From Pirellulales bacterium (GTDB lineage Bacteria; Planctomycetota; Planctomycetia; Pirellulales; PALSA-1355), in assembly GCA_963733035.1 (NCBI GenBank), contig CAVTBU010000006.1:256001-320000 (forward strand): DNA of 64,000 nt. Direction: 5' to 3'. Of the stretch, positions 49,182-61,565 are shown in pieces; the stretch's first letter is position 1; the number at the start of each line of letters is the position of its first letter. The notes under the pieces were generated by a model. That model ran no database searches, was not told the DNA's origin, and worked only from the letters and a program-made list of their open reading frames with translations. A program made the position numbers and the translations under genes.

Positions 49182-49966
49182 GCGCTCGATCTCGTACCGG
49201 GGGCTTTGCTGGCGCGGGCGGCGATCAGGCCGGCAACGTAACCGCCTTTGAAACCGGCATCGATATTCACCACGGTGACGTTGGCCGCGCAACTGTTGAG
49301 CATGCTCAGCAAGGCCGCAATTCCACCCAGGTTTGCGCCGTAACCGACGCTGGTCGGCACGGCGATAACCGGGCAGGCGACGTGACCGCCCACGACGCTG
49401 GGCAGCGCGCCTTCCATGCCGGCAATGACCACCACGGCATCGACATCCGAAAGCTGGCCCAGGTGTTCGAGCAAGCGCTGTGGCCCGGCCACGCCGACGT
49501 CGAAAACAACCGTGACCTCCGCGCCCATCCACAAGAGTGTTTCGCGGGCTTCCTCGGCCACGGGCAGGTCGCCCGTGCCGGCCGTCACCACGGCGACGCG
49601 ACCCCTTGGCGCCTCGCTGCCGTTTACCTTTTGCGCGGTAATTCGAAACGTGCGGGCCACTTTGTTGTAGCGGCCGGCTGGGAAACGGGGGGCCAACTCC
49701 GCTGCTTTTTCAGGCGATATGCGAGTGGCAAATGCATCGATTCCTTCGGTCACGAGCCGCTCAAAAATCTTCAAGAGCGTGGGGACGGTTTTGCCTTCGC
49801 CAAACACGACCTCCGGGTAGCCGCAACGTCGCTGCCGGTCGAGATCGAGCTGGGCTTCGTCGAGATCAGCCGTCACCTCGCCGGTGGCGGCGGCCAGGAA
49901 GGCATGGAGCGGCAAGCGGCCATCGAGCAGTTGCCGGGCCAGTTTTTCGAGTTGTTGTGGGTTCAT
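49178..49966 (-). CDS. larB: Nickel-pincer cofactor biosynthesis protein LarB
   Basis: GYPEVVFGEGK, DVGVAG, AGMEGAL, PTSVGYG. Confidence 0.9.
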   Translation of the reverse strand: MNPQQLEKLARQLLDGRLPLHAFLAAATGEVTADLDEAQLDLDRQRRCGYPEVVFGEGKTVPTLLKIFERLVTEGIDAFATRISPEKAAELAPRFPAGRYNKVARTFRITAQKVNGSEAPRGRVAVVTAGTGDLPVAEEARETLLWMGAEVTVVFDVGVAGPQRLLEHLGQLSDVDAVVVIAGMEGALPSVVGGHVACPVIAVPTSVGYGANLGGIAALLSMLNSCAANVTVVNIDAGFKGGYVAGLIAARASKAPGTRSSA

Positions 49967-50145
49967 GATGTAAATCCTACCCCAGGGCTGGCGATGGGGC
50001 GAACGGCTGAAATCTCCGTTAGAAATTGAATTTGCCGCGTTGTTGGACTGCCACCGCGCGTTTCCACCTTGCCAGAATCCCTGGTCAATGTTAGCAAATG
50101 GCTTGGAAATCCAATTCGTCCTGCCTCGATGTCCCAACTGCGTCC

Positions 50146-51237
50146 ATGAGCCAGCACACAGCACGACGAGAGAAGCTTCGCCGTCTCTTTCGCAGACAGG
50201 GCCTCGACGCCCTCCTGGTAACCAACTTCGTCAATGTTACTTATCTGACTGGTTTCACCGGTGATGACAGCTACTTGCTCGTCTTGAACAAGGGCGAAGT
50301 CGTCGTTAGCGACCCCCGCTACACCACGCAGCTCGCCGAGGAATGCCCGGCGATGGAGGCGTCGATCCGTCCGCCCGGGGTGGGCATGGTCGAGACGATC
50401 GCTCAAATCGCCCAGCGGGCAAAGATCGGCAAATTGGGGATCGAGGGGGCCTCGATGACCGTTGCCACCCGCGACGAGATTGCCGCCGCGCTTCCCAAGT
50501 CTGAGTTGGTGAGCACCGGAAGCTTGGTGGAGGAGTTGCGGCTGATCAAAGACAAGGACGAGGTGGCCGAAATTCGCCAGGCAATTTGGATGGCGGAGCG
50601 TGCGTTCGCCATCCTGAGAGCATCGCTACGGCCAGACCGCACCGAGAAGGAAGTGGCTGACGAATTGGAGAACAACATCCGCCAGTTCGGCGGCAAGGGC
50701 TGCAGCTTTCCGTCGATTGTGGCAGTGGGGGCGCGTGCAGCACTGCCGCATGCCCGACCGACGGGCCAAAGGATCGGCGCGGATGACTTTGTGCTGGTCG
50801 ATTGGGGAGCCAACGGCGGGCTGTACATGAGCGACTTGACGCGGGTATTAGTGACCGGTAAAATCCCGCCGAAACTCGAACGGATATATAGAGTTGTGTT
50901 GTCGGCGCAGGAGCAAGCCATTGCGGCCATCCGGCCCGGTTTGACCTGCCACGAGGTGGACGAAGTGGCTCGCAAGGCGATCGCCAAGGCGGGCTTCGCC
51001 AAGAATTTCGGCCATGGATTGGGGCACGGTATCGGCCTCGAGATTCACGAAGGCCCGCGACTGTCCGCTGGCCAGCACCGCAAGCTCGAACCGGGCATGG
51101 TGGTGACGGTCGAGCCTGGCATCTACCTGCCTGGTTGGGGTGGCGTGCGGATCGAGGACGACGTGCTGGTAACCAAGGGCGGTTGCGAGGTCCTCACGTC
51201 GGTGGGCAAACAGTGGGAAGACGCCATCGTTCAATAA
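50146..51237 (+). CDS. Aminopeptidase P family (M24)
   Basis: [30 protein letters not shown]. Confidence 0.92.
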   Translation: MSQHTARREKLRRLFRRQGLDALLVTNFVNVTYLTGFTGDDSYLLVLNKGEVVVSDPRYTTQLAEECPAMEASIRPPGVGMVETIAQIAQRAKIGKLGIEGASMTVATRDEIAAALPKSELVSTGSLVEELRLIKDKDEVAEIRQAIWMAERAFAILRASLRPDRTEKEVADELENNIRQFGGKGCSFPSIVAVGARAALPHARPTGQRIGADDFVLVDWGANGGLYMSDLTRVLVTGKIPPKLERIYRVVLSAQEQAIAAIRPGLTCHEVDEVARKAIAKAGFAKNFGHGLGHGIGLEIHEGPRLSAGQHRKLEPGMVVTVEPGIYLPGWGGVRIEDDVLVTKGGCEVLTSVGKQWEDAIVQ

Positions 51238-51322
51238 CACCGCGCCCGGCATCCCTGGCTCCACGTTGCGTCACACTGGGGCCGCCGAAACGTACGCGGA
51301 ACATCGATCTTTGGAGAAGTGC

Positions 51323-51811
51323 ATGATGGCGGGGTCACCCTCCAATCAAGGCGATATTTTTGACGTCAAGCGTATTCGCCGGCTTGTGGAACTGATGAAC
51401 GAGCACGAACTGGCGGAAATTGACCTCCGTCAGTCGGACCAACGGATTCGCCTCCGCAAGGGGGGCGAGCCGATCATCACCACCGAGGTTGCCCGCCCCG
51501 CGGTGGCTGCCGCGCCAGCTGGTGCACCGGCGGCCGGGTCCGAGCCGGCAGCGGCCGCGGATGCCAACCTGGTGGAAATCAAGAGTCCCATGGTCGGCAC
51601 TTACTACGCATCGTCGAGCCCCGAGGCACCGCCGTTTGTGAAAGTCGGCGATCACATCGGCCCTACGACCACGGTTTGTATCATTGAAGCCATGAAAGTC
51701 TTCAATGAGATTCCCGCGGAGATGTCCGGGCAAGTCGTCTCGGTGCTCGTCGAAAACGGCGAACCGGTCGAATTCGGCCAGCCGTTGTTCAAGATCGACC
51801 CTCACAAATAG
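51323..51811 (+). CDS. accB: Biotin carboxyl carrier protein
   Basis: SPMVGT, EAMK. Confidence 0.95.
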   Translation: MMAGSPSNQGDIFDVKRIRRLVELMNEHELAEIDLRQSDQRIRLRKGGEPIITTEVARPAVAAAPAGAPAAGSEPAAAADANLVEIKSPMVGTYYASSSPEAPPFVKVGDHIGPTTTVCIIEAMKVFNEIPAEMSGQVVSVLVENGEPVEFGQPLFKIDPHK

Positions 51812-51908
51812 ACGGCGCTCGCATGCGAGTCAGTGCCCCTGGCGCTCGTGCACCACGATCTGGACGAGTCGTCCCCCAGGAGCATTGACCGGGCAGCGGG
51901 TGGAATAA

Positions 51909-53255
51909 ATGTACAAGAGAATCCTGGTCGCCAACCGAGGCGAAATCGCGCTGCGTATCATTCGTGCCTGTCGCGAGTTGGGCGTCGAAACGGTGGCTAT
52001 TTTCAGCGAAGCGGATCGTGGTGCCGCGTATCTCGACCTGGCCGACGAAGCCTATTGCGTTGGACCAGCCAAGGGGGCCGACAGTTATCGCAAGATCGAC
52101 CGCGTGATCAGCGCCGCTGAAATTGGCAACGTTCAGGCGATACATCCCGGGTACGGGTTTCTGGCGGAAAACGCCCACTTTAATGAAGTCTGCCGTAGCT
52201 GCAAGATCGACTTTATCGGACCCACGCCCGAAGCAATGGCCCGCCTGGGCGACAAGAACTCCGCTCGGGCGCTAGCCCGAGACGCGAATGTGCCTGTCGT
52301 TCCCGGAAGTGCCGGCTTGATTAGCGACGACAGCGAAGCCATGCGAGTGGCACACGAGATTGGTTTTCCGGTGTTAGTTAAAGCCAGCGCCGGCGGCGGC
52401 GGACGCGGCATGCGAGTGGCCCTTAACGACCTGGCTCTCAAGGCGGCACTTTCGCAGGCCGCCAGCGAGGCGGAAGCCGCGTTTGGCGACGGCAGTATCT
52501 ACCTGGAAAAATACATCGAGCATCCTCGGCACGTCGAGGTGCAGGTGCTCGCAGATCATCATGGCAATGTGGTCCACTTGTGGGAGCGCGATTGCTCGAC
52601 ACAGCGGCGCCACCAGAAGCTGATCGAAGAGAGTCCTTCACCCCACCTGACGCCGGAACGACGGGTGGCCATTTGCGAAGCGGCCGTGCGGCTGGTGAAG
52701 GCCGCCGGCTACACCAACGCCGGAACGGTCGAGTTCATTGTGGACGGTGAGGGAAATTTCTACTTCATCGAAGTCAACGCTCGCATCCAGGTCGAACATC
52801 CGGTGACCGAAATGATCACGGACATCGATCTCATCAAAGCTCAGATTCGGGTCGCTTCGGGCGAACCGTTGCCGTTTTCGCAATCCGACATCGTGGCCCG
52901 TGGAGCGGCAATCGAATGCCGCATCAATGCCGAAGACCCGGCCCGCAATTTCCAGCCGTCACCCGGCAAGATCGAACGGATGATCGCTCCGGGGGGATTT
53001 GGCGTGCGGTTTGATTCCCATGCGCACCCTGGCTACGTCGTCTCGCCGCACTACGATTCGATGATCGGAAAACTAATTGTTCATCAGGCGACCCGCCAAG
53101 AGGCCATCGACTGCATGCTCCGGGCGCTCGACGAACTGCGGATTGAGGGGATCAAGACCACCATTCCGCTGCATCGCGAAATCTTGCGCCACGCCGCGTT
53201 TGCCGAGGGACGCATCGATACCACTTTCGTCGAACGCAGCGGACTGACACAATAG
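51909..53255 (+). CDS. accC: Biotin carboxylase
   Basis: [33 protein letters not shown]. Confidence 0.96.
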   Translation: MYKRILVANRGEIALRIIRACRELGVETVAIFSEADRGAAYLDLADEAYCVGPAKGADSYRKIDRVISAAEIGNVQAIHPGYGFLAENAHFNEVCRSCKIDFIGPTPEAMARLGDKNSARALARDANVPVVPGSAGLISDDSEAMRVAHEIGFPVLVKASAGGGGRGMRVALNDLALKAALSQAASEAEAAFGDGSIYLEKYIEHPRHVEVQVLADHHGNVVHLWERDCSTQRRHQKLIEESPSPHLTPERRVAICEAAVRLVKAAGYTNAGTVEFIVDGEGNFYFIEVNARIQVEHPVTEMITDIDLIKAQIRVASGEPLPFSQSDIVARGAAIECRINAEDPARNFQPSPGKIERMIAPGGFGVRFDSHAHPGYVVSPHYDSMIGKLIVHQATRQEAIDCMLRALDELRIEGIKTTIPLHREILRHAAFAEGRIDTTFVERSGLTQ

Positions 53256-53350
53256 GAAGTAAGGAAGGGGTCCGGCTGAGGGGACGAGAAACTCCCCGCG
53301 TCGGAGTGCCTTCCATCCACCTTCCTTCCTTTGGCATTCAGTCTTTTGCT

Positions 53351-54652
53351 ATGACGCTATCCCGCCCCCCTAAGGTCGAAACGAACATTCGTCGAGCCGC
53401 GATTTTGTTTGCCGGCGGTCCGGCGCCGGCGGCCAATGCCGTCATCTCGACGGCGGCCAATTCATTCTTGCGGAACGATCTGCAAGTTCTCGGGATCATG
53501 AACGGCTACTCGCGACTCTTGGAGTTTGGCGAGAACCGGCCGCTGGAGAAAGGACGCGACTATATCGAGCTCGATCAGACCGTCCTCCGCCGCACTCGCA
53601 ATTCGCAAGGAATCTTGATCGGCACGGCTCGGGCCAACCCCGGCAAGAACGTATCGCATCCGTCGCATCTGGCGGACCCTGAACGCGTGGCCCCTTTGCG
53701 TACGGTGTACAACGCCTTGCGGTCGTTGGAAGTCGACGCGCTGATCTCAATTGGCGGTGATGACACGCTGAAAACGGCCAATAAGTTCAAGCTCTTTCAG
53801 GACCGTGCTCAACCGGGTCCCCGGATTCCGGTCGTGCACCTGCCGAAAACAATCGACAACGACTATTCGGGGATCGACTTTACGTTCGGCTACTTCACGG
53901 CCGTCGACACGCTGGCGAGCGAAATTCGCAACCTTTTGGCCGACGCCGAGGCGAGCCGGGCGTACTTTCTGACCGAGACGATGGGCCGCAGCGCCGGTTG
54001 GTTGGGCTACGGCGCGGCGATTGCCGGCGAAGCCAGCTTGGCGATTAGCGTCGAGGATATCACCGGCAAGTACCGCGAGACCGAGCAGGTCGTGGATCCC
54101 ACGACCGGTGAACGCCGCACGCGGCAGATCATGAACGTCGAGCGGGTCGTCAAGCGGGTCGTCAAGACCATGCGGGCGCGGGAGGCAGAGGGAAAGGAGT
54201 TCGGCGTGCTGGTCATGGCCGAGGGCCTGGCCGAATACCTACCGATGAGCTACTTGCGGGGAATTTCGCGAGACGAGCACGGCCATATCGCCATCTCGCA
54301 GCTCAATTTGAGCCGTATGTTCTCGAAGTTGATCGCTGACGAGTACAAAGCACAAACCGGCAAAAATCGGAAGATCACCGGCTTGCAATTGGGATACGAG
54401 GTCCGTTGTGCCCGGCCGCACGCGTTCGACGTCATGCTCGGCAGCCAACTGGGCGTGGGCGCCTATCGGGCGCTGGTCGAGGAAGGCTTAAATGGCGTGA
54501 TGGTTTCCGTTTCTGGGCAGCTCGACCTGAACTATGTTCCCTTCGAAAAACTCATCGACCCCGACACACTCGTGACGATGGTCCGCTATGTCGACCCCGA
54601 CAGCGACTTTCACCGCTTGGCACGCTTCCTCGAGATCTACGTCAACGAGTAG
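53351..54652 (+). CDS. 6-phosphofructokinase, probably PPi-dependent
   Basis: GGPAPAAN, GGDDT, PKTIDND, MGR. Confidence 0.88.
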   Translation: MTLSRPPKVETNIRRAAILFAGGPAPAANAVISTAANSFLRNDLQVLGIMNGYSRLLEFGENRPLEKGRDYIELDQTVLRRTRNSQGILIGTARANPGKNVSHPSHLADPERVAPLRTVYNALRSLEVDALISIGGDDTLKTANKFKLFQDRAQPGPRIPVVHLPKTIDNDYSGIDFTFGYFTAVDTLASEIRNLLADAEASRAYFLTETMGRSAGWLGYGAAIAGEASLAISVEDITGKYRETEQVVDPTTGERRTRQIMNVERVVKRVVKTMRAREAEGKEFGVLVMAEGLAEYLPMSYLRGISRDEHGHIAISQLNLSRMFSKLIADEYKAQTGKNRKITGLQLGYEVRCARPHAFDVMLGSQLGVGAYRALVEEGLNGVMVSVSGQLDLNYVPFEKLIDPDTLVTMVRYVDPDSDFHRLARFLEIYVNE

Positions 54653-54668
54653 GAAGAAGACTTTCGTC

Positions 54669-55022
54669 TCAGGGATTTCGTTCGATACGTGCCTCGGGAA
54701 AGAGTGCCTGGGCGAGTTCGAATTCCTGCTGCGGTCCGTCACCATTGAAAATAATCCAACCGATTGCTTCATCTCCCATCAGCCGCCGCCAGATGGGGAT
54801 CTCCCGCAAATGATCTGACGGTAAGTACCACCTTTCGCCCGGCGGTTTCACAAGTTCCGATGCGCGGGTAATAATCGCGTATGTGCTTGGCTTAATCCGC
54901 TTGAGCGCGGATTGCCGGCGATGAATCCAGTTGACTTCCGACGCGAGCCAGCAGCCGAAGACGGTGACCGCGAGGAACAAGGCTCCAAGACTGAATCGAA
55001 ACCAACGTCTTGGCACACTCAT
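54669..55022 (-). CDS. Hypothetical membrane-anchored protein
   Basis: RRWFRFSLGALFLAVTVFGCWL N-terminal anchor. Confidence 0.6.
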   Translation of the reverse strand: MSVPRRWFRFSLGALFLAVTVFGCWLASEVNWIHRRQSALKRIKPSTYAIITRASELVKPPGERWYLPSDHLREIPIWRRLMGDEAIGWIIFNGDGPQQEFELAQALFPEARIERNP

Positions 55023-55037
55023 CTCGCAGCCCTACTG

Positions 55038-55625
55038 CTACAGGCTGCCCTTGGTGCTCGGTACCCCCGGCGCGCGCGGGTCGATTTCAACCGCCATGCG
55101 GAGCGCTCGGGCCGCGCTTTTGAAGATCGCTTCGCTGATGTGATGGCTGTTGCGGCCATGGTGCAACAGGATGTGCAAATTGCAGAGTGCGTTGCCGGCA
55201 AAGGCCTGCCAGAATTCCTCGATCAATTGACTATCGAAGCTGCCGATCGTCGACGTGGGAAACTCGACACGAAAGACCAGGAAGCAACGGCCGCTTAAAT
55301 CGATGGCCGTCGTTACCAAGGTTTCGTCCATCGGCAGCGTGAAATGTCCGTAGCGATGGATACCTTGCTTGTTCCCAACCGCTTGGCGCACGGCCTGACC
55401 AAGGCAGATGCCGACATCCTCGACCGTGTGATGCTGGTCGATGTGCAAGTCGCCCACGGCCTTGACGCGCAGATCGAACACGCCGTGCTTGGCAAACAGC
55501 GTGAGCATGTGATCCAAAAAGCCGACGCCCGTATCGATGGTCGACGTCCCCGAGCCATCGAGATCCAACTCGAGTTCGATGTCGGTTTCGGCGGTCTTGC
55601 GTTGGATTTGGGTGTGGCGCGACAT
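55038..55625 (-). CDS. hisB: Imidazoleglycerol-phosphate dehydratase
   Basis: [19 protein letters not shown]. Confidence 0.96.
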   Translation of the reverse strand: MSRHTQIQRKTAETDIELELDLDGSGTSTIDTGVGFLDHMLTLFAKHGVFDLRVKAVGDLHIDQHHTVEDVGICLGQAVRQAVGNKQGIHRYGHFTLPMDETLVTTAIDLSGRCFLVFRVEFPTSTIGSFDSQLIEEFWQAFAGNALCNLHILLHHGRNSHHISEAIFKSAARALRMAVEIDPRAPGVPSTKGSL

Positions 55626-55752
55626 GGCAGCAGGACGAATGAAAACGGAACGACAAGTTAGCAGGAAGCGGCTTGCTCAGTTGAGATGTCCGCGCCGCTT
55701 CCGGGTTGTAGGCGGTTCGTTGTTGGGAACTTCGGTGGTCTGCCTTCAATTC

Positions 55753-56799
55753 TTACATCTTCGACTTCAACACGGCGAGGCAGGCGTCGATTTGTTCGTC
55801 GGTGCCGACCGAAATCCGCAGCCCATCCCCCCAGCCGGCATAATCCATGTATCGCACCAGGATCTGGTTCGCCTTGAGGTGCTCGTACAGCGGTTTTAGG
55901 GGAATTGCCGGGTGCGGGTTCCAGACGAAATTCGCCTGCGATGCGACCGTGGCAAAGCCCAGGTCTCGCATCTGGGCGGTTAGACGCGCGCGGGTTTGCT
56001 TCACCTTGGCAAGGTTATCTCTTAGCCAGGCCTGATCGTCGATTGCAGCCGTCGCACCGGCGATGCTGAGGGCATCGACGTTATAAGAGTCCTTCACCTT
56101 GGTGAACTGCTCAATCATGTGGGGTTGGGCCACCAAGAAGCCGAATCGCAGGCCGGCCAATGCATACGACTTGCTGAGCGTGCGCGATACCATGATCTTC
56201 TCGTTCTTGGCGACCAACGGCAGACAGTTCTGATCGGCGAAGTCGGCATAGGCTTCGTCGACAAGTAGCGGGCAGGGGAGCCGGTCCGCAAGCTCGAGAA
56301 TTCGCTCAGGCGATACCACGGTGCCGGAGGGGCTGTTGGGATTGGGCAGGAAGACCAACTTGAGGTCGTTGCTCGCCGCGGCGAAGGCATCGGAAAGCGT
56401 CCAGTCGGCGTTAAACGGAACCTCTTCGGCCGTCGCGCCCTGCAACTGGGCCAACGTTTTGTAAAGAATGTAGCTTGGATAAGCCAGCCGCAGACACTCA
56501 CCGCTGCCGACAAGCGCGCGGGTAACAATCGTGAGAATGTCGTCGCTGCCATTGCCACATAGGATCCAGTCCGGATCGATGCCCAGCACCTCGCTGGCGC
56601 GGCGACGAAAGGCCGTGCCCAACGGGTCGGGATACTTGCTTAGTCCGCGTTCGAGTACCCCGGCAATGGCACGCGCGACGGCTGGCGAGGCAGGGTAAGG
56701 ATTCTCGTTGGTGTTGAGTTTGATGAACTTGCCACCCTGCGGCTGCTCGCCTGGCACGTAGCCGGCCATTCGCTCAATTTCGGGACGAAAGTACGACAT
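55753..56799 (-). CDS. hisC: Histidinol-phosphate aminotransferase
   Basis: LNTNENPY, NPNSP, DEAY, TLSKSYALAGLR. Confidence 0.95.
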   Translation of the reverse strand: MSYFRPEIERMAGYVPGEQPQGGKFIKLNTNENPYPASPAVARAIAGVLERGLSKYPDPLGTAFRRRASEVLGIDPDWILCGNGSDDILTIVTRALVGSGECLRLAYPSYILYKTLAQLQGATAEEVPFNADWTLSDAFAAASNDLKLVFLPNPNSPSGTVVSPERILELADRLPCPLLVDEAYADFADQNCLPLVAKNEKIMVSRTLSKSYALAGLRFGFLVAQPHMIEQFTKVKDSYNVDALSIAGATAAIDDQAWLRDNLAKVKQTRARLTAQMRDLGFATVASQANFVWNPHPAIPLKPLYEHLKANQILVRYMDYAGWGDGLRISVGTDEQIDACLAVLKSKM

Positions 56800-56896
56800 G
56801 CGATTGCTATTCTAGGGGTCTAGTTGCTGATTATTGCCAGGGGAGCGTTTTGTCCAATGGCGCACCTTAAGGAGACGCTCGAACGCGTTGGCCGGT

Positions 56897-58258
56897 TCAC
56901 TCCAGGCGAATATCCACGCTGGCTCGATGTGCGGACAAGCCCTCCTTGTCCGCCAGCGTCCGGATGTCATCGGCCAAGGCCGACAGCCCTTCGCGACTGC
57001 AATGAATGACGCTGTGGCTGCGGAGAAAATCGCGGGCGGACAATCCGCTGGCGAAGCGCGCCGTGCCGCCCGTCGGTAGCACGTGAGACGGTCCGGCGGC
57101 ATAGTCTCCCACCGCGACCGGAGTGTAGTTGCCGACGAACACGGCCCCGGCGTGACGAATTCCAGCCAGCAGCGGCTCCGGCTCGTCGACCGCAATGTGC
57201 AAGTGCTCGGCGGCAATCTCATTGGCCAATTCCACCGCTTCGCTGGCGTCGCGCACGAGCACCAAGGCCCCGAACTGCTCCAAACTTTGCCGGGCCAGGT
57301 CGCCGCGCGAAAGGTGTGCGGTCTGCCGCGCCAATTCGTCGGCCGTCGCTTCGAGCAGTCTGCTGCTCCAAGTGATCAGGATGCTGGCTCCCGGCGCGTG
57401 CTCGGCCTGGGCGATCATATCGGCAGCGGTGAAATCGGGACGCGTTGTGTCGTCCGCCAACACGACGACTTCGCTGGGTCCGGCGATCGAGTCGATATCA
57501 ACTTCTCCGTACACGGTTTTCTTGGCCAGCGCGACGAACAGATTGCCCGGGCCAACGATCTTGTCAACCTTCGCCAGCCCCTCGACACCGTAGGCCAGGG
57601 CGGCGACACCTTGCGCACCGCCTAGACGGTATACTTCGGTCACTCCAATTTCGTGACAGGTGGCCAGCAGATCGTCGTTGTAGGCGCCGAAGGGCGTTGG
57701 CGGAGCGATCACGGCCAGTTGCTCGACGCCCGCCGCCTGGGCCGGAACGGCCGTCATCAGCACCGTGGAAGGGTAGGCCGCGGCACCACCGGGAACGCAA
57801 ATCCCGACGCGATCCAAAGGTCGGTAACGCTGCTCGAGATAGCTCCCCTGGGGACGTTCGATTCGCACGTCCCGCGGCAACACCGCCTGTTGAAACTCGA
57901 AGATGTGCTGCCGAATCCGTCGCACAGTCGCGAGAAAGATAGCATCGGCCTTCGCATGCGCCGCTTTGAGCTGCGCGGCATCGACGCGGAGAGTCTCGGG
58001 CGTGAGTTGTGCTTTGTCGATTCGCGCCGAGTAGTCAAGTACGGCGGCGGTTCCCTGCTCCCTGACGTCGCGGCAGATGCGCTCGACAACCTGCTGCGGC
58101 GTGAGCACTTCGCCAAATACTTCCTTGGTGCGTTGTTGGCCAGCCGCACTGACGATATTGCCACGCGGGCTGAGCGCTTCACGCAGGCGACAAAGCGCAC
58201 TCCGAGCGTCGCTCGAACGGCTGTCGATGCGCTGGATGTTAATTGTGGGGATGGTCAT
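56897..58258 (-). CDS. hisD: Histidinol dehydrogenase
   Basis: YPSTVLM, GPGN, AGPSE, QAEH, GPSHVLPT. Confidence 0.96.
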   Translation of the reverse strand: MTIPTINIQRIDSRSSDARSALCRLREALSPRGNIVSAAGQQRTKEVFGEVLTPQQVVERICRDVREQGTAAVLDYSARIDKAQLTPETLRVDAAQLKAAHAKADAIFLATVRRIRQHIFEFQQAVLPRDVRIERPQGSYLEQRYRPLDRVGICVPGGAAAYPSTVLMTAVPAQAAGVEQLAVIAPPTPFGAYNDDLLATCHEIGVTEVYRLGGAQGVAALAYGVEGLAKVDKIVGPGNLFVALAKKTVYGEVDIDSIAGPSEVVVLADDTTRPDFTAADMIAQAEHAPGASILITWSSRLLEATADELARQTAHLSRGDLARQSLEQFGALVLVRDASEAVELANEIAAEHLHIAVDEPEPLLAGIRHAGAVFVGNYTPVAVGDYAAGPSHVLPTGGTARFASGLSARDFLRSHSVIHCSREGLSALADDIRTLADKEGLSAHRASVDIRLE

Positions 58259-58496
58259 GAAGTTTATTCGGCCTGCGGTATCAAGGACCGCGTTGGCCTC
58301 GGGCAGGTTCACGCGAGGGCGGTGTTGTGCTTGCGACGGCCGACGCGTAACAGGTTGTCCGGTCGGCCTCCCCTGGCCAGGCGTAAACCGCCCGGTTACG
58401 ATGACAGACGCGGCGCGGCGGCCGAACGCCCCATTCTGGCCCACCGCTCGCGCGAGGAAAAGCCCTCTGCCTGTTCCCACCCGCGGAGAACTCTCC

Positions 58497-59582
58497 ATGT
58501 CGAACCGCATTCTGGATTTTCGCAGCGACACGCTTACCAAGCCGACGCCCGGCATGCGGGCCGCCATGGCGAACGCTTCGGTCGGCGACGACGTGTTCGA
58601 CGAAGACCCCACCGTGCATGCGTTGCAGGAGCGCGTTGCCGACCTGCTGGGTAAGGAATCTGCGCTGTTTGTGCCATCGGGCTCGATGTCGAACCAGATC
58701 GGCGTTCGCGTGCACTGCGACCCGGGGGATGAGTTCATCTGCGAAGGCGGCTGCCACATCTACAACTATGAGCAGGCGGCCTATGCCCAGCTCAGCGGAG
58801 TGGCGGCTCGCACGGTCGATGGTGTAAACGGCGTCCTGCGCCGGGAACAGCTGACTGGCTTGATCCGACGCCACGCGGACGATCACCTGGTGCGTACTCG
58901 GCTGGTCTGCCTGGAGAACACGCACAACCGTGGAGGCGGGCAGATTCAACCCTATGAGGTCGTCGAATCCATTTGCCGTTGGGCTCACGATAGCGGGCTG
59001 CTCACGCATTTGGACGGTGCACGCCTATTCAATGCGGCAGTGGCCACGGGAATCGATGCCCGCCGCTGGTCGCAGCATTTCGACACCGTGAGCGTTTGCT
59101 TTAGCAAGGGGTTGGGCGCGCCAGTCGGTTCGGCGCTGGCGGGCCCCAAAGATCTGATCAAGAAGGCGCGGCGTGTCCGCAAACTATTCGGCGGCGGCAT
59201 GCGGCAGGCTGGCATCATCGCGGCCGGTGCATTGTACGGTCTTGACAATCACATCGAGCGGATGGCCCAGGATCATGCGAATGCCCGCCGGATTGGCGAA
59301 GCCGCCAGCGGGATCGACGGTTTGAAATTGGTGGGCAAGCAGGTCGACACGAACATCGTGATCTTTCGCGTCGACCCGAAGCTTGGCACGGCCGCCGAAT
59401 TTTGCGAAAGACTCAAAGCTCGTGGCGTGCTGATGCTGGCGATCGGCGCGCAGGAGGTTCGGGCCGTGACGCATTTGGACGTCGACGAGACGGACACTGC
59501 CGAGGCCAGCGAGATTCTCGCCGAGGTCGCCGCGGAGGCCCCCTCCAGCAGCGTATCGGCTGGAGCGGACGTGCACTACTAG
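58497..59582 (+). CDS. ltaE: Low-specificity L-threonine aldolase
   Basis: DFRSDT, ENTHN, HLDGAR, SKGLGAPVGS. Confidence 0.93.
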   Translation: MSNRILDFRSDTLTKPTPGMRAAMANASVGDDVFDEDPTVHALQERVADLLGKESALFVPSGSMSNQIGVRVHCDPGDEFICEGGCHIYNYEQAAYAQLSGVAARTVDGVNGVLRREQLTGLIRRHADDHLVRTRLVCLENTHNRGGGQIQPYEVVESICRWAHDSGLLTHLDGARLFNAAVATGIDARRWSQHFDTVSVCFSKGLGAPVGSALAGPKDLIKKARRVRKLFGGGMRQAGIIAAGALYGLDNHIERMAQDHANARRIGEAASGIDGLKLVGKQVDTNIVIFRVDPKLGTAAEFCERLKARGVLMLAIGAQEVRAVTHLDVDETDTAEASEILAEVAAEAPSSSVSAGADVHY

Positions 59583-59614
59583 GGCACATTGCCCGCTAGG
59601 CGGAGATCGTTGCT

Positions 59615-60172
59615 CTACAGATTCCAAGTCTCGAACAGTTTTTTGCGGAACTCATGCCACTCGGGCACTTTTTCCGCTGTGTGTCCGTTTGACTTGTCGC
59701 CGGAATTGGCCAATTCGCTCACCCAGTCATCCATGCGGCGTAGCCGCTTAGCCAGGCTTTGCAGCACGTTGTAGGCCAATTTGTAGGCCGCGGAATTACC
59801 GCTGGCCAGCATCTCGTCGTATGCCATGCGGTTGATGCTCAGCAGCCGCACTTGCGTCTTGGCCACGACATTGGCCGAGTGCGGTGCCGGACTGAAGAAC
59901 GACATTTCGCCGAAGACATTGAACGGTTCGAGTTGCGCCAGCACGAGCGGACCATCGTGGCTGCTGACGCGAATCACTTCGCATTTACCTTCCATTAAAA
60001 TCCATAGCTGCTGGCTGCGTTTGCCTTGTTCAATGACCAGTTCGCCAGGCGCGAAGGCCCGTTCCTGTGCAACGTCCATGAGTTGCTGGCACTCGTCGTC
60101 GTCGAGTTGATGGAATGCCGGCACTTGTCCGCAGGCTTGAATCGATTTTGTGCGAAGGTCGTCGCTGCTCAC
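59615..60172 (-). CDS. Cyclic-nucleotide-binding domain protein
   Basis: VIEQG, FGEMSF...HSANVVA. Confidence 0.85.
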   Translation of the reverse strand: MSSDDLRTKSIQACGQVPAFHQLDDDECQQLMDVAQERAFAPGELVIEQGKRSQQLWILMEGKCEVIRVSSHDGPLVLAQLEPFNVFGEMSFFSPAPHSANVVAKTQVRLLSINRMAYDEMLASGNSAAYKLAYNVLQSLAKRLRRMDDWVSELANSGDKSNGHTAEKVPEWHEFRKKLFETWNL

Positions 60173-61401
60173 GTGATTCCTCCCAAAATCGTGGCCCGTC
60201 CCACGCGGCCGATGCCCAGCATGTAGGCCGCGGTTCGGAGGCTGACTTTGCGTTCCTGAGATAGAGACCAGACGCGCTCAAAGGCATTGGTCATCACGCT
60301 GTCGAGTTCCTGGCGGACTCGGTTGATGCCCCAGGAATAGTGTTGGCGATTTTGCACCCATTCAAAATAGCTGACCGTGACGCCGCCCGCATTTGCCAGA
60401 ATGTCCGGCAGCACAACCGTTCCGCGTTCGTCAAAGAGCTGATCGGCGTCCGGCCAAACCGGTTGATTGGCCGCCTCGATAATCATGGGAGCCTTGACGC
60501 GATCGGCGTTCGCGGCCGTGATCACACCTCCCAACGCGGCGGGGACCAGGAGTTCGACATCGAGTTCGAGTAACTCTTCGTTGGAAATTCGTTCGGCCTC
60601 CTTGTACCCCTTCAGGCCATGATGCTCGCGCGAATACTGAAGCAACTTGGGAACGTCGAGCCCATCGGGACGAAAATAGCCGCCGCTGACGTCGCTCACG
60701 GCGACGATCTTGAACTCCGACTCGTGCATGAACTTGGCCGCATGCGCACCCACGTTTCCAAAACCTTGCAGAGCGACGCGCGTTTCCGAGACCTTGCGTC
60801 CCAGGCGGCCGAGCATTTTGAATGCCAGAATACCCACTCCGCGCCCCGTCGCCTCCTCGCGTCCCGGAATGCCATGCAGCTCGACGGGCTTGCCGGTGAC
60901 AGCGCCTGGATTGAAACCGTGGTACTTCTGGTACTGGTTCATTATCCAGGCCATCACGTCGGCATTCGTACCCATGTCGGGTGCGGGAATGTCGACATCC
61001 GGGCCCAGCACGTCGTGAATGCCGTCGATGAATTTGCGCGTGATCCGCTCGAGCTCGCGCACGCTGAGCTTTCCGGGATCAACGGCTACGCCCCCCTTGG
61101 CACCGCCAAAGGGAATGTCGACCAGCGCGGTCTTCCAGGTCATCAACGCTGCCAGTGAACGAACCTCGCTCAGGTCGACCTCGGGATGAAACCGCAGGCC
61201 TCCCTTCATTGGTCCCCGAGCGTCGTCGTGCTGGACGCGATAGCCAATGAACGTCGCGATTTCGCCGTTGTCCAGTTCGATCGCAATTTGAACTGATACC
61301 TCACGCTTGGCGGTCAGCAGCAGTTGCCGCATGTTCTCACTCAAGTCCATTCGATCGGCAGCGCGATCAAAATATAGACGAGTGGCGTCGATTGCTCGCA
61401 T
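60169..61401 (-). CDS. gdhA: Glu/Leu/Phe/Val dehydrogenase (glutamate dehydrogenase)
   Basis: GPMKGG, GGAKGG, PAPD, GFGNVG, NAGGV. Confidence 0.9.
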   Translation of the reverse strand: MRAIDATRLYFDRAADRMDLSENMRQLLLTAKREVSVQIAIELDNGEIATFIGYRVQHDDARGPMKGGLRFHPEVDLSEVRSLAALMTWKTALVDIPFGGAKGGVAVDPGKLSVRELERITRKFIDGIHDVLGPDVDIPAPDMGTNADVMAWIMNQYQKYHGFNPGAVTGKPVELHGIPGREEATGRGVGILAFKMLGRLGRKVSETRVALQGFGNVGAHAAKFMHESEFKIVAVSDVSGGYFRPDGLDVPKLLQYSREHHGLKGYKEAERISNEELLELDVELLVPAALGGVITAANADRVKAPMIIEAANQPVWPDADQLFDERGTVVLPDILANAGGVTVSYFEWVQNRQHYSWGINRVRQELDSVMTNAFERVWSLSQERKVSLRTAAYMLGIGRVGRATILGGIT

Positions 61402-61565
61402 GGATGGCTTCCGGAGACTCCTGCGCAATGGGGGAGCGGTGAGGCAATTGAATAATAGTCGCGTATGTCGGCCGGCTCAAGGTAAGCTGCGTAGACCCAA
61501 TACCCGCCGATGGCTTGGAAATGTTTTAATCGTGTCGGTTTTGTAAGGTTGCCATGTCCGGGATG

